Source: Nymphaea colorata (Eukaryota). From it: DNA of 64,000 nt. A program made the translations under genes and the position numbers. The stretch spans positions 25,978,001 to 26,042,000 of the forward strand of contig NC_045138.2 in NCBI RefSeq assembly GCF_008831285.2, read 5' to 3'. Shown here piece by piece: positions 38,516 through 60,359 of the stretch. Under the pieces are notes generated by a model that had not been told where the DNA came from, did not search any database, and worked only from the letters and a program-made list of their open reading frames with translations. Positions within the stretch are counted from its first letter, which is position 1; the number at the start of each line of letters is the position of its first letter.

Positions 38516-40339
38516 GCTGCCCTAGAAGTGTAAAATTCACCTCTTTTTTCCCCGAACAGACGGCCCTTAGAAGGGAACGACGGCCTTTGTTGCATCGTAA
38601 CGGATGCAAGCATCATTATTTCATTTCCATCTGCATTGATAAGGGCCTTTCAACCTAAGATCCTACGTGACCAAATAGTATCATAAATTTTAAAGTTTCT
38701 CTTCTACAAAAAAACAATTGTAATCTTTGCTTGGTAGATGTAGGAATTACATTATATAATTGATCAGTCTTGCATCTTAAAAAATTTATGATTTTTTATA
38801 AATTTTAAATCTATAGTTTTCTGGAATCATGATGGCCACCTGAAATAATCACCACCTCGAATTCAACAATTAATGGTAGGAGGCTACTACATCTTAATGA
38901 ATTACCCCACTCAACTTTGCTTATTCGTGTAAAGTGTCTTCAATATATATATATATATATAAAATCAAGCAATAAATAGAAAATTTGAAAATGGCTATGC
39001 AATACTGAAATTTTTTAATATATTTTACAATGACCTTATAAATTTATTGAAGGTTCCATTGGTTAGACCTTAATGAAAATGTAAGCATTAAATTTATTAA
39101 ACAAAAGCAGTCTGAATTAAATTGAATTGATTATTTTTTAAAAGCATTTATAAAAAGTAAAATTTATGACATAAGAAGCCTTTTTTTATTTCGCAATAAA
39201 ATTAACTGACATGACTGCAGGAAGAAAAACTAAAGTAATTAAAACCTGCTACTATGACTTTTCCTTTGCATATTTCATTCGTTTTGCTTAGGTCTTATGT
39301 TATAAGCCACACATAAGCTTTAGTTAAAATGGATGGGATGGAGGCATGGAGCAACTAAAAATGCAGAACAATAAGCTTAATAGTAATTAAAAAATTACTA
39401 AAATTTGCATTTAGTAAGTAACTTTTATGTAGTAGTAGTTTGGTATCTTCCAAATTAATTTCTGCCTCTATAATAAATGAAGAATACAACAAAAACTTAG
39501 TTTATCATGCAGCATACATAAGAAAGCAGCGTTTTTTTTACATTTGACCTACACTGCTAGAATCAAAGCTGTTAGAAGCTGAGATCCCTTATAATAGAAG
39601 TTCAATCTTTGACGTGAGAGTGAGCCAGCTTTGACGTGGGAGTAAGGTTGTTACGATAAAAATCCAAAGACCCAGTACCCATTCGGGGAATCTCCGACAT
39701 GGTTCAACCCTGACCATTTGCATCAACTGAATTAAAATGTGTTTCCAACCATCCTTTGAAAAGTCTGAAGTGCATCCATCACCAAAAAAAAAAAAGAATC
39801 TAATGCATCTCAAGAAAATCATCACCCAAAATTTGAATCTAACGCATCTCCAATACACATGACCGACCATAAAGACCACAGGCACATTGCTCCCCATAAA
39901 GCAGCCGCTGGAGGATCAGTTCCCCATAGTCTACATGAGGAGGATCATCTAAGCGCATACGGCCGGGGGGCTACCCCCAAGCAGCTGTTATCTGGAACGG
40001 AGCGCATAGGAAGTGGAATTTCTTGTGATGCAGGCAGCAGCTGTTACCCCTTCGTCTTCTACTAAGGTTCTTATCACAATATGTGATATAAATGTTCATA
40101 GTTACGAATGTGAAATCCAAGTTACTCTTTCTTTTGAATTTCAACCAATTCAAAATTAAGGCCACGAATTACCAAAATCAAATTTCATCCCGCCTTTTCT
40201 TTGCCAAGTTCCAGTAAGGGAATACAGAATCCGTTGTCACAATGAAATGTGCAAACTAAGAATCCTATGCAAGCTGTAGAAGTTATACGCTTCCACTAAA
40301 TTATTTTCTAACATTAACAAAGTACAAAACTTTCTGACA

Positions 40340-43300
40340 TCATTCTTTCTTGTCATCGGGTGTAGTAGCTCTCCAAATACCAGCTAAAATGCTGCCAATG
40401 ACAGAATGGCAAACACTAGAGACGGCGCATGGAACAGCAGTCAATGGATTGCTAAAATGCTGACCAGCGAGCACAACGCCAAGCACAGAATTCTGATAAT
40501 ACCACACAAAACTATTAAATTCTTGACCCACAATAGTGAAATCAATAGCAACAATAATCAAAAGCAACAGCAGTACCTGCATTCCCACTTCTATGGAGAT
40601 TGTACGTGAAGAAGCCACATCAATACGAAGTAACCTTGAAAGAAGCAAGCCAAAGAAAAAGCCAGACGTATGAAGAACACAGGAGGCCATAACAACCTGT
40701 TGTCCAGAGATGAGGATTGCCGAGGCATTTTGTGCGATGGCATTGGCACAGAGAATGGCAACAGTAAACACCGCGACAAGTGGCATGAATGGAGAAAGTC
40801 TCATAACAAAACCATGGAAGTACTGATTCATGATGGCACCAACTAGGACAGGGGCAAGCACAACCTGCATACAATACAAGTGATTCAATCCCTGAATGAA
40901 GCTTGAACATGAACGGCAAAGAATAATATGAGCATGGAAATTCATACTTGAAAAGTTGACATGAAGAGTCCAGTAGCATCTACAGCAACATATTGGCCAG
41001 CTAGTTTGGCTGTGAGGAAAGGAGTCAACACCTGCAAGTTACAGACTTCAGAGAAGAGGTTTCTAACTTTTGACATTATAAAACTTTTACAGGGAAATGG
41101 AATACTAGATGGAAACAGTCAACTGTGAAGGATTCCCAATACCACAGCCGACATTGTGCTTGCTGCAGTCATTAGGACAGAGAGTGCCACATTTCCACTG
41201 CAACACAATTAGACAGAATGGTGATGCGTCTATCTGCTTCAGAAAGCACAATGACAAGCGACATAGTTGCGTTTCACAAACCGTGCTAAATATGTAACAA
41301 TGTTACTAGCAGTTCCTGAAAAGTAAGGGTAGAGGAAGTTGGAAGTCAGAAAGACAGCCGAAGATAAACATAAAGCAGTTGAAATGAAATAGGAAGAAAT
41401 AAAAAACAAGGTAACATCGTGTGAGAATATACATATACCTCCAGGACAACATGCAACCAAGATCAGGCCAGCTGCATAATGGGAAGGCAAATTAAGAAGC
41501 CTGCTAATGACAGCACCTGAGAATGGCATTACCTGAAACCATCTCTCTGTTACTCAGCATATGCTCATGAAATGCACAGTAAGATACATTAAGGACTATC
41601 TCTGTTCATCAGCATATGCCCATGAAATGAGCAATAAGATGCATTAAAGACAAAAACTGATGTCAAGCATGGAAAGTTCTACCAGCCTTAGTTATCATTT
41701 CCCCACAAGAACTTTATTCAGGTCCATAGAAAAGAGGCTCACTCAAAACTGTGGATGAGACAGACACTCCCAACCACAAACTTAGCAAACAAATGTAAGG
41801 AAAAGATTGCTCCTAAAATCTTAAAAATTAAATAAGTCGAGAGAGCAATTAACAGGATGGATATTCAGCTCTGATCTTCAAGACACAGGACCATTTAGAC
41901 CGCACTTCCATTGACCCCTCCCAGTATAACGTCTTCTTTGCTAGGGAAAACAATAACAAGATTATCTCAAAAAGCATTTTAAAAGAAGCAAGGGAGACAA
42001 ACATCTGCATAAACTTGTGCCTCCACCATTTCAGAGCTGACATCGGGGTCTACTTGCTTGCATGCATCTATCTCATGAACAAGTTCACAAAGTTTGCAAT
42101 TTTTGAAGCCATTCATATTTCCTGTAGGAAAAGGAAATAAGTTTTCAATATTTTAAGGAAAGGAGGAATACTTGGGGAACTATAATTTTCTGAATGTCCA
42201 AGATGACCCAGTTATTTACTTGCCTCTACTGTTTTAGTCATCATAATAGTAGTGCAACACTGCAACGAACATCTTTGAAATCTTTAGTAGAAATCACTTT
42301 CCTCAATTCATCTTCGACAAACATATTAAATTATAGCCTGATGGGATAGATATTTCATAATGAACTACGATATAACAGCTCAGCTTCACTGTGCAGGCTA
42401 AATGACGATGAAACTCCATGTCTATCCTATATCTGAAACAGCAACCCCCCCAAAAAGGATCATAAGGATCATGCTTCTAATAACCTTTTATATGAACCAC
42501 CTTAGGTTGATCCTACCATTAAAAAAAGGGATGTATCCTCCATGTCTTCGCAATTGCCTTTTCACATATTCTTGAAAATCATAACGATCAACGATTGATG
42601 ATCTTAATGAACAACAGTTAAAAGGCAACGATAGCAAGAAAAATGCACTATCATGGTCCACCTGCAGTATGCAGGCCGAACCAATAAGACATCTTGAAAT
42701 CTCCTGACATCCTGTATTAGCATGATTTGCTATTAAAGGTAGTGGCTTCAAATTGTGCTTGGAGGCTGCCAATCATGACTCAGTAATTTCCATGTCAATA
42801 ATTTGATGAATATTAGTGATCTTGGAAAGTGGACATGTGAAAACCTTTGCCTAAAACAGTGCAAGGAATGGCATAGCAAGGCGCACGAAGCAAGAGAACC
42901 TCAAGACGTAAGTATTGATTGGCACTTAATGTTGGATGTTACCATGCAAGTTCATTTCTCATGACTTCTTTCCTGGTTTAATCATCCCGAATGACCCGAA
43001 CTTGTACAGAAAGAATCTCCGGAATCACTGGACATTATTCACCTTCGATTCTTCGAAGATAGTGAAGTCAACGGCTCAAGACCAGAATGGACTAAAATGG
43101 CTCAAAGCATCATATCGGAGACCATTCTAAGTCATGACGATAGTATAGTATACTAAGCTAAGCACAAAGATTAGTTTTCTTCCTCCTGAAATGAAAGTCA
43201 CGAAAATCAAGAGCGGAGCACTGCTAGTAGAAGCCTTGTGGTTCAGCAGAATCACTACCGCAAATTAGCTGCGGATTAAGTAGGGAAGGAAAGATCCACA

Positions 43301-43931
43301 AGACAGTAATAGTAGCAAGAGTAGTTCGCGGAGCAAACCGTGTACTGGAGAACAAATCCGGTGAGCAACTCCCGCGGCATCGAGAGCGCGGCGCGGAGAT
43401 CGTTGACGGTAAGAGTCATCCCCATCCCTGTTGTCCACCACAGAGTCCATTCCTCAACACAGCGACCTTACAGGGAGAGTGAACCAAAAGAAGGAAGAAG
43501 AAGAAAAAGAGGTGGAGCTGACCCAGCATGGTGAGAGTGAGACCCAGCACCTGCCATTCCCGACGGAACCAGAGGAAGTAAGACGGCCGGCGGAGAGCAG
43601 AGAAGCAGGCAAACGAAACCCACAAGGGGAAAGCGGAAGAGAGCAAGTCGGTGATCCGCTGGAGGCGATCATAAACTCCGCCCCTATCGGCGAGGATCTC
43701 GTGGCGATCATGGCTGCAAGAGACGAGATGGGTAAAGCTTCTGTTACTGGCACGAAGAATAAGGGGAGGAAGAGGCAATGGGTCCGCAGAGAAAGAGACG
43801 GAAGACGATGATGGGGAAGAGCGACCGTTAAGGGGGCACGGTTTTGCGAGGAAGAAGGTTGCAGGAGGCTTTGCGCGGACGCATGTTGATGGCTTCGAGG
43901 GCGCAGTGGGTAAGAATAAGAGAGAGTGCAT
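40340..43931 (-). CDS. BASS1: Plastid bile-acid:sodium symporter family transporter, BASS1-like, about 401 aa. Exons 43523-43931, 43339-43427, 41439-41532, 41282-41315, 41143-41197, 40948-41031, 40577-40864, 40340-40492
   Basis: LTMLGMGMTLT, GFVLQYTVMP, GLILVACCPGGTASNIVTYLARGNVALSVLMT, RTISIEVGMQNSVLGVVLA.QHF.NPLTAVPCAVSSVCHS. Transit-peptide-like N-terminus; all phases consistent. Confidence 0.9.
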
Positions 43932-43990
43932 TGCTTCCCAAATTAATCTTCTTCCACGACAACCACTTAACAGCGACAGAGAAGTGGAAG

Positions 43991-43992
<2 letters not shown>

Positions 43993-44021
<29 letters not shown>
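43993..44021. promoter_or_regulatory. Five tandem CCGAC cores, (GCCGAC)n, DRE/CRT-like, just upstream of the BASS1 start codon
   Basis: cccgacgccgacgccgacgccgacgccgac; cores start at 43993, 43999, 44005, 44011 and 44017. Confidence 0.4.
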
Positions 44022-44022
<1 letters not shown>

Positions 44023-45952
44023 AAGCTAAAACACCGGAGCGGCGGCGATCTACTTGCTGGATCTGATAGGGATCCAACTTTGTTGAATCCGGATACTGGT
44101 TAGTCAGATTTAGATCCAGACCCTCGCTTAAGATTTGAAAACAAAAGTACATTTGTACAAGGTAGATCGACGATCCTCCTTCCTTGTTGGAAAATTGGAT
44201 TTGGATACTACGGTACCAGATCTAAATCCAAATTCCCCGAGGTGGACGTCCGGTCTTGGATAAATGGGGGCTTGCTGTTCTGAATCTATGAAGGAGAAGA
44301 GATGATTAGTATAGCGTGTTCGGACTTGTCTTATGAATCGTTCAATTTTTATCAAAAGCTCACCTTCAACTTCATTAAGCTTCAGCTTGAAGTTGTGAGT
44401 GCAATTTAATGGTCACCACATTGATCACCAGATGATAAGCTGTCTTGAGGAGTACAACATAGCTGGTCGGGTTGGTAGGCGGGTAAAAGTTCAATCATTA
44501 GTTCAATTTTCATACTCGTTATTTTTTTTTTTTTTTGGATATAAACGGTAGTGAACATTATTTTTTTTGGAGTATGGTAGTGAACATTATTTTTAAATTA
44601 AAGAAAATAATATAAATTTAACAAAGTTTTACCCATGTCATAAGCAGTCATAAATCACGAGACGGACAAAAAGGAGGAAAAAGCTTCGGCCTTTTTAAGG
44701 TATCTTCCTCACAAAATTTATTTTAAAATCTTAAGTTGATTTTCTTCCCAAGTCCGTACTATTTGAAAATAATTTAAGGGCGCAGGTCGTAAAAATTGTT
44801 TTGGGGTGCAAAATTGCATATTTGCATGTAGGCTCGTGTGCCTTCCCTTTATTTTACGACAATAGATAACTAAAACACACATCTCTTTTACAAATAATGT
44901 TTTGAATCACGTTTTTTTAAATAAAATAATATTTTTTGACCCATCAAATTTTGGTGCATTTTGAGCCATCGATTATTTTTTTCCTTGTTTTTTCTTTTTA
45001 AAGTGTTGTTTCTTATTTATTAAACAAGTTAAATGAATGCAAACAATAAATTGTGCTGGTCATTTAATTACTTGATTGAATATTCTTAAGGTACAGATAG
45101 GAACCCTAAGAAAACCTTGCGGCATAGTATTCAACAGAACATGGGCTGTGTCCCGATGCATGCACCAGCTACCCCACTATTAAATTAGTTTATACATAAA
45201 TATACGTTACGTTTTTAAGTCTGCACTTTTTTGTTCTTGTAAGTTGTTCTTCATTTCCCCTTTTATCATGCATGTTTATACTCTCAGAAAATTCTAAAGC
45301 TTAGGTACGATGGATTGCCAAGGCTCATGCATCCACACTTGAACCTCCGATTTGCTTCCCTAAGTTGAATCAAGCTCGAGATTACCAAAACTCGATCACT
45401 TAAAAAAAAAAAATCATACTAAACATCACAATTACTAGCATGAATTAAAACAAGAAAAGAGAAAAAGGTAAGACTCCTCTTGAACGAATAGGGCAATCTA
45501 TTGAAAAAATGAAAAATTATTGGAAGATAAGAATGCCAGTTCGCATTAATAACTGACACAGTTTATACCTTTATGTTTTATAACTAACGGTGATGGTTCT
45601 TTGTGGAATACCCGCTTAACTGAGGTGACCTACCCATGTTTTTTAAGCTTTCAAAACTTAAAGAGGCATTTTATAGTACAATAACAAATGTATATGGATT
45701 TTCCAAGTTCATGCGGAGGCAGCTTCTTGTTTTAACGTACAAATCTTAAAAAACCTGTAAACCAAAATGAAAGCAAAAAGAGAAAAAAAAATTTCCATTC
45801 ATCACTGCCTTCTGTCTGTAAGAACCAAGTAAAAAGAAGCGTCTGAGCAACTTCCTTACGCTGGGAAGTTAACAATGGTTCTTAAGGAACCTGTCATCAC
45901 GTCTCAAAAAGATAACATTTACATCACGTTTGCAAAATCTAGGAATTCAAAA

Positions 45953-48900
45953 TCATATGTTGTAACGACTCTTCGCCAGTCGGTCATGTTTCTTTGCGTC
46001 ATCCTGCAATAAAAAGTGTAGCAATTGAAGAAAATTCAAAAGACTAAAATGTGAGATACTATCCTTGCTGTTTGCTACAGAAGCTAAGAATGTTTGAATC
46101 TCCTAAAGAAGGGGTAACTATGAAGAAAAGACCGAGCATGGTGAAGAGAAAAAAGGCCTAGTAGTTTCGAGGACCAGAAAGGGCGTCCAATGCAAAGGCT
46201 AGTTGAAACGACGTCCATAATCCTAAATAAGACCAATTGAATCACAGAGGCTGTCGTAAACATGATAGAGATTAAAATGAACCATAAACGACTTACATGA
46301 ACAATGAAACCAATGGTGTCATTATAGTCTAGAAATTCCTTCCACTCCTTCCCAATGCTAAGCTGCATCATTTGGATGGCATTCCCAAAAAAATAAAAAA
46401 TAAAAATAATCAGATCAATTGTAGACATACTGTTCAAATATATTGTTAATTGAATAAGAGAAAAAACAAAATATCATATTGTCCTAACTAGTTATTAAAG
46501 AAAATATGAAAAATAGGTCAAATAACTATTAGATAATACACGAGATTCAATCACCAACAAGAACAATTTTATGTCCGTACTATTCATGGAGCAGAAAAAC
46601 AGTTTCGAACTATGCTAGACAGCCTATACTTGTGAGAATGGGGCAATAAGCTAAGGTAACTATAGAAGAGCAATAGAAGGACAAAAGCAACCTATGAGAG
46701 CATGAGATCTGTGAAATAACAAACCTGAGATACTGTAATGATAGAGGACTTTTCTCCAAAGGACAAGCAGGAGAATAGCCCAACTGGGATTTGAACCCCA
46801 CGCCACAAGCCCCACAACCCAATTAATGAGGCATGAATAAGATACTAAACCATAACAGAAACTTTTTTGCAATCGACATTCTTTTTGTTCCAGATGTACC
46901 AATGCAAAAGGATAACAACCATAAACGCAGAGGTCATGTCTCATTATCCATATAAAAGACCTACTTTGTGGCAAGGATCACCAAACATGATTTCTATATC
47001 AAACCAATGAATCAAAATCACCAGCCCCATTCCCCTTGTTTTCCTTGATTGTATGAAGAATGTAACCTGAACCATCATTTGGAGACATGTACAGATAGAC
47101 ACATTTTTTTTGGCAGGCAAGCAGGGTTAAGCAGTTGGTTACCAGATATGCCAACCGAGACACACAGAATCTATGGAACTCTCTAACTTTATTCAACTTG
47201 AAGGAATTAATCCAGCCAACGGCCAGGTGGTGGACTGTGGAGTAGTAGTGCACATCTGTATAGTAGTGCATGAATATATATTGCTAAATCCTACTCCCTT
47301 CCCCACCTTCGTTCCCCAAATAATCTTCATATTTTACTTCTTATCCCAAAATCAAATCTAGCATCAGCATATGGAAGACACGACACTCTTGAAAAATATG
47401 AAACAAAGAATATTTATTGAAGTACATAGCATTCCTCAGATAGCAACTAAAGCTCTTATTATGAGAATGAAAAACTTTTTCCTCAACAGCACAAGTACCT
47501 GAGCAGTTTGATTGGCAGCATTTTTGGTCCACAATGCTAATTTATCCTGCTTTGCACGAACATTAACAACAGCTCCACAAATTTCATCACCATCTGTAAA
47601 CTGTTCTCCAATCATGGCCAACAGCTGGGAGAAAGGGGGGGCGCAAGTTCAACAGGAATTGTGAGATGTTAATGGTTACCACAAAAAAATAAAACTATTT
47701 ACCACTCACTATAGTAAACCTAAAAGGCTATAAACTCACAGTGTAGAGCCACCATTTATCAGCTTTCCCCCTGGAACAGCTAACACTCCATTTTCCTCCA
47801 TTAGAACAAACTGGATCCTCCCACTTTGGCTCAATTTTGTTCTTAAAGCAATGAAAATCTGCACCAGCAACCAACTTGCTTGGTGGAATTATATTGTTGT
47901 AAAGCCTGATAGGAGATAAAAATTTGTCATTTATATTCACAAGAAGAACATAAAGCACAACATGTGAGGCACACCAAAACTTGAGAAAAGTTAGAGAAAA
48001 AAATCAATTTCTAACTCAACGCAGTTCTCCATTAAATCTGATGTGATCATGTACTCCATCCAATCTATCATTACTCAGCCCAACTGGGATGGGGAGTGAC
48101 TCGCCTTTTGAGTGGTGCAACATGCTTGTCTAATGATTAATCTTTTATGGCAGTAGAATTCCCAAATCCCTCAAACGAGAAAAGGAAAAATACACAAAGC
48201 AAGATCAGATCCGCGCTTGACCATTAATATTTCATGGCTAAAAATTCCAAAACTCACAAAAAGAGAAAATACAAATTACACAACCAATAGCTGGGCAGAT
48301 GCTTTTTGTCGTTCAATCTTCTTTTTTTTTCCTTTTGTAAAAACCATAATTAAGGTTTGGATTTTACACGCATATAACAAATTTATATGATAAAAAAATG
48401 ATTTAATGAAATTATGGCATCCGCATAAAAAACTGATAGATGACTTTCTTGTTCATTAAACAAGAGATAGGTAACCCACAATCTTTGGTTTGGACTGCCT
48501 CGAATGCTCAGTGCAACCACATGGATATTCTTTCAGTGTGTCGATGTTCCCGCGCTTTGGGTTTTAGGACGAATCTTGCAGTTCAGCATCTTTTCTAATT
48601 TCTGTATCTTGTATTTGTACTTTATTGGATCCCTCCGTCCTCGATATGCGTTGCAAGCAGTATAAAGCTTGCACCCTTTTAGGGAAACGATGGTGCTGAA
48701 AAAGCAATGAACCATCGACTGAGTCGCTGAATTTCACGCAATTTAGTGTGAGTACATGGAAATAAACACCTATCTTGTCAGAGACGACGTTTAGAATTTG
48801 TGTCCGAGGCACAAGGGAACAAATGAGGAATTGAAAAACAAACATCTTTTAGGTTGAGTTTATATGCCCAAAATCTACATACATGACGGCAACACAACCT

Positions 48901-49262
48901 TCTCAATAAATGAAGAGAGCAACAGAACATTTATCGGCGGTTCTATATTGGGATGACGATATAGAGGGTTACCCCCAGAACTCCTCGACGGTGGAGAAGG
49001 TGTGGATGGCGCGGATGGAGCTGCCCCAAGTAGCCTGACGATTCTTCCCCGATGGATTGTCGAACCAGAAGGTCCACGAGTGCTCTAAAGGGTGGGCGTT
49101 CTCGATGGGCCGCTCCACTGCCAAAGCAGCGCTGCCCGAGCCGTCGTCGACGATCTCTCCGTCCTCCACTTCCGTGTCTTCCGCCGATGCTCCCGTCGCC
49201 GGCCGCCCCTCCGACGTCGCCTCCTCCGATGAATGCCTCTGCGCTTCTTCGCCTTCCGCCAT
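45953..49262 (-). CDS. eIF4E: Eukaryotic translation initiation factor 4E (canonical type), 232 aa. Exons 48973-49262, 47740-47905, 47499-47624, 46297-46362, 45953-46003
   Basis: [13 protein letters not shown]...[66 protein letters not shown]...[25 protein letters not shown]; five coding exons, all in frame. Confidence 0.96.
46700..46860 (-). mobile_element. Possible tRNA-derived SINE remnant in eIF4E intron 3
   Basis: Minus strand has a B-box-like ggggttcaaatccc downstream of an A-box-like tggtttagt; no full cloverleaf. Confidence 0.3.
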
Positions 49263-50109
49263 CTCTCTCTCTCACGCACACGCCCACACCCAAGAGACTG
49301 CTCAACCTTTTATCTAGGAATGAAACGGGTTGGATTCAGTTGGACGTTTGATCCGACCCTAACATGTCTTTTTACATTAATATTCGGTGGTCCTTAAATA
49401 TATATGCTTAAGTATAAAACCGCACCTTTAATGTTACTGACCTGTTCTGAAGAATAGGTCGGAGATAAAACCACACCTTTAATTTTGGTGTATAAAAACC
49501 ACACCTTTAATTTTGATTCAAGTTTTTTTGCAATCCAATTTTACTGAAGAATAAGTTGATGCAAGACATATATTAACTTGATCATTTGTTAACTTTAATA
49601 TTATTTTTTATAATAAAAAATAAATGGCCCTCGTACCATCAACATGTTGTTGATAATAAAAATTCCATATTTCTGTATAAAAACAACTTGAATTAAAATA
49701 TATTTTATATAAAATAGTTTTTATAAATACGTTAAGATGTTTATACTTTATTTAAAATGATTTTTTAACAAAAAATTAAAGGGTTTGGTTTTTATCTCTG
49801 GTTTGAGAGGAAGAGCACGAAATTGATCACGATCTTCAATTTATCGAATCTATGGAAGACCTTGTTTGCGAATACATTTTTAGGCATAAATTCCCAAGAT
49901 CTTCCACACTTCCGTTAGCACTCTTCCTCAACAGTTTTGGCCATCAGACCCGATTTCACCGTTTCTGGTTCTAACCCGGTTTCGCTACCGCCTCTACCGT
50001 TTCCTCTCCCTTCATCCTGTGCATGCTCTCAATGTTCAACCGCCACTTTTTCTCTTTGCTGTCTCGCGCGCGCACCGGGCAGTTCTGGTTCGTCGTTTGA
50101 GGAATTTCA

Positions 50110-58094
<7,985 letters not shown>

Positions 58095-60359
58095 TTGGTA
58101 AGAACGAGGCAGGAGAACAGTACTGCAAGAATATATACAAAATGGTTCAAGTCCTAAGGTTTTTCGGGTTCAGAGAGATGCAGATCAAATTAAAGGCAGG
58201 CAGGAATAAAAAGGTAAAAAGAAGAAGATTTGGGTAGTAACTTGATCCTGGCTCTTGTTTTCTATTCGCTATTGTAAATATCACGGCCATGAAATGCAGA
58301 GGATCTGTTGAATGCCTTCCTGATGCAGAAACGTGTTAGGCCATAGTGTAAGAACACTTTATCTTGACCTGTGAAATATATAATAAAAGAAATTTTCAAT
58401 GTATTTTCCTTTCAAAATGATCTTTTCTTTCCCGTTTGCTTTCTCCTTTCTGGAAAATTACTAGTCATCACTCATCAGATCATGTTTCTTTTGAGCCACA
58501 TTCAATCTTGATAAGTTTGTGTTGGCTTTTCTGATTGTGTGAATGCAGGACATATTAGGAAGCAGCAAATATTTTTCAATCTCTGATGATGTTGAGAATT
58601 CATAGCAAGATTAGTTACTTCACCTCAGGTTATGGTTTTCTTCTAGATTTTTATGTTTCCACTGTGAGTTGGATCTGTTGACAAACATTATGATGCATGA
58701 AACGTTTCTTCCACAGCCAGGATATGCTGACGGCCTGTTATTGTTTTTCCCAGCATCATGAAATCAAAATGGGAAACATTGCAGCATGCAGCTGGAACTG
58801 GATCGTGGCCTGATGACCCTTCCTCATTTCTGTTGATTCAGCATGTGCTCTTTCTTGGATTGGGGTCTCTTTCTTTGACTCCATTGCATCAGCAGGAGGG
58901 TTTCTTTCTCCTTTCTTCCTCAATATTCTTGCTGCATGGACCTGTATACTTGTCATGCCCTAGCTTTTGAACAAAGCTAAATGCTTGCCCTAAACATTCG
59001 TACTTAACTAGTGACTGCATCATCTGACAGTTGATGCAAAATTCGTTTGTTCTTGTACATCCGAGTCCCAACGTTTTGTCAGTTGAAGGAGTGGGCTTCA
59101 ATTAAAAAAATAAAGGAGCTAAAAGGTATTTCTGAACACCCTGTCTCGGTGTCTCCTCTATGCATGCCGCAAATGATTCAGGCTGCCTTTGGTGATTACG
59201 GTCAGGAAGGAGTCCGATATGAATCAGCCAAAGACGGCCGTTGTTTGACTCAAGACTGAACATAGCAGACCCTGTCCGTTTGCTAACCTATTTCTAATGG
59301 TGTATGACTGTATTCCTTCTTCGTCTTCTTTCTCTTTATCTCTGACTCTCTCTAGGAATAACACCATAATCTAAAGGTACAATGTCTAAATTCAAGATCG
59401 CTTATCTGCAATATTTTGATGTTTTAACGGTCGGACCTTTTAGTCATGGTTAAGATCACAAACCGGCCACATTTATATGTCTTTCAAAGGAGAATCAGCG
59501 ATGTTTTCTTTCAGAATCGGAAGAAAACAATTTTTCTTGTCTAAGAGGACGAGTTTACTACAAAAACCATGGCGAATTTGCTTCTTTTTCCTTAATTGTG
59601 CTTCAGCAGGAATTTGTTGGTTTTTCACTTGGCCATATTTGGTGCTGATTTATCCTCAACCATTCTGGTTCAATCTTTAAAAGTTTAACTTTGAGAGCAA
59701 TTATTAAAGAGCTGCCTAGTGAATTAAAACATTATTTTTTATGTAAAAATAATAAAAGATCCGCTAATAACTAAAATTTCAGTAGTAAAAAGGGAATTTT
59801 TGTATTTAGGGAGTGAATCGGTATTAAGCAAAGTCCTCCGGGTCTCGGACACCGGCCACTTGGGTCCCGATCCTGTCGTCCTTCAGTTCGTCTTTTAAGT
59901 CACTTCCGCCACCGGCGAGACCTTTCTTCTTCGTGCTCCCTCTCTCTGCTCCTCTCTCTCTGTCATCCTTCCCCCTACGTTCGTCTTATTAAACCCGCTT
60001 GATCCATCCATCCGTCTATCTATCTGTCTAGGAATAATCAAACGAAAGAGAATTTATTGGCAAACCAATCCTTCTCGATTCTTCTTACAACGTGAAGCCG
60101 CCAATAGTAAGAAGACGAAGAAGGATTTACAGGTCCATCTTGTCTTCAGAATCCTATCAAGAGGTAGACAAGCGAACTCTTGCTTTCCTACTTTATGAGG
60201 TTTTATCCGAATGGTATCCTTGAAGCGAACAAACCATTCTTGAGTTTTGCCTGCTTTTAATTTTTTCTCATCTATCGTTGGCATCAAGAATAATTGGGGA
60301 TGTGTTCTTGTTGGGTGCGCTCCGTGAAGTCTCTAAAGCAATTCCCACCCTGCAGGGAG

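Noticed and set aside
42340..42440. C/D-box-like motifs (atgacgatga...ctga) in a BASS1 intron
   Set aside because: Antisense to the host gene, too short, and no recognisable rRNA guide
44040..44330. GGATCC/GATCTG-rich block; similar short repeat debris near 700-930, 3000-3110, 9750-9910, 12480-12725, 13980-14150, 27100-27410 and 57290-57440
   Set aside because: They look like MITE debris, but TIRs and TSDs could not be fixed by eye
46700..46860. tRNA gene
   Set aside because: Only a B-box-like motif; no acceptor or anticodon stems, so at most a SINE remnant
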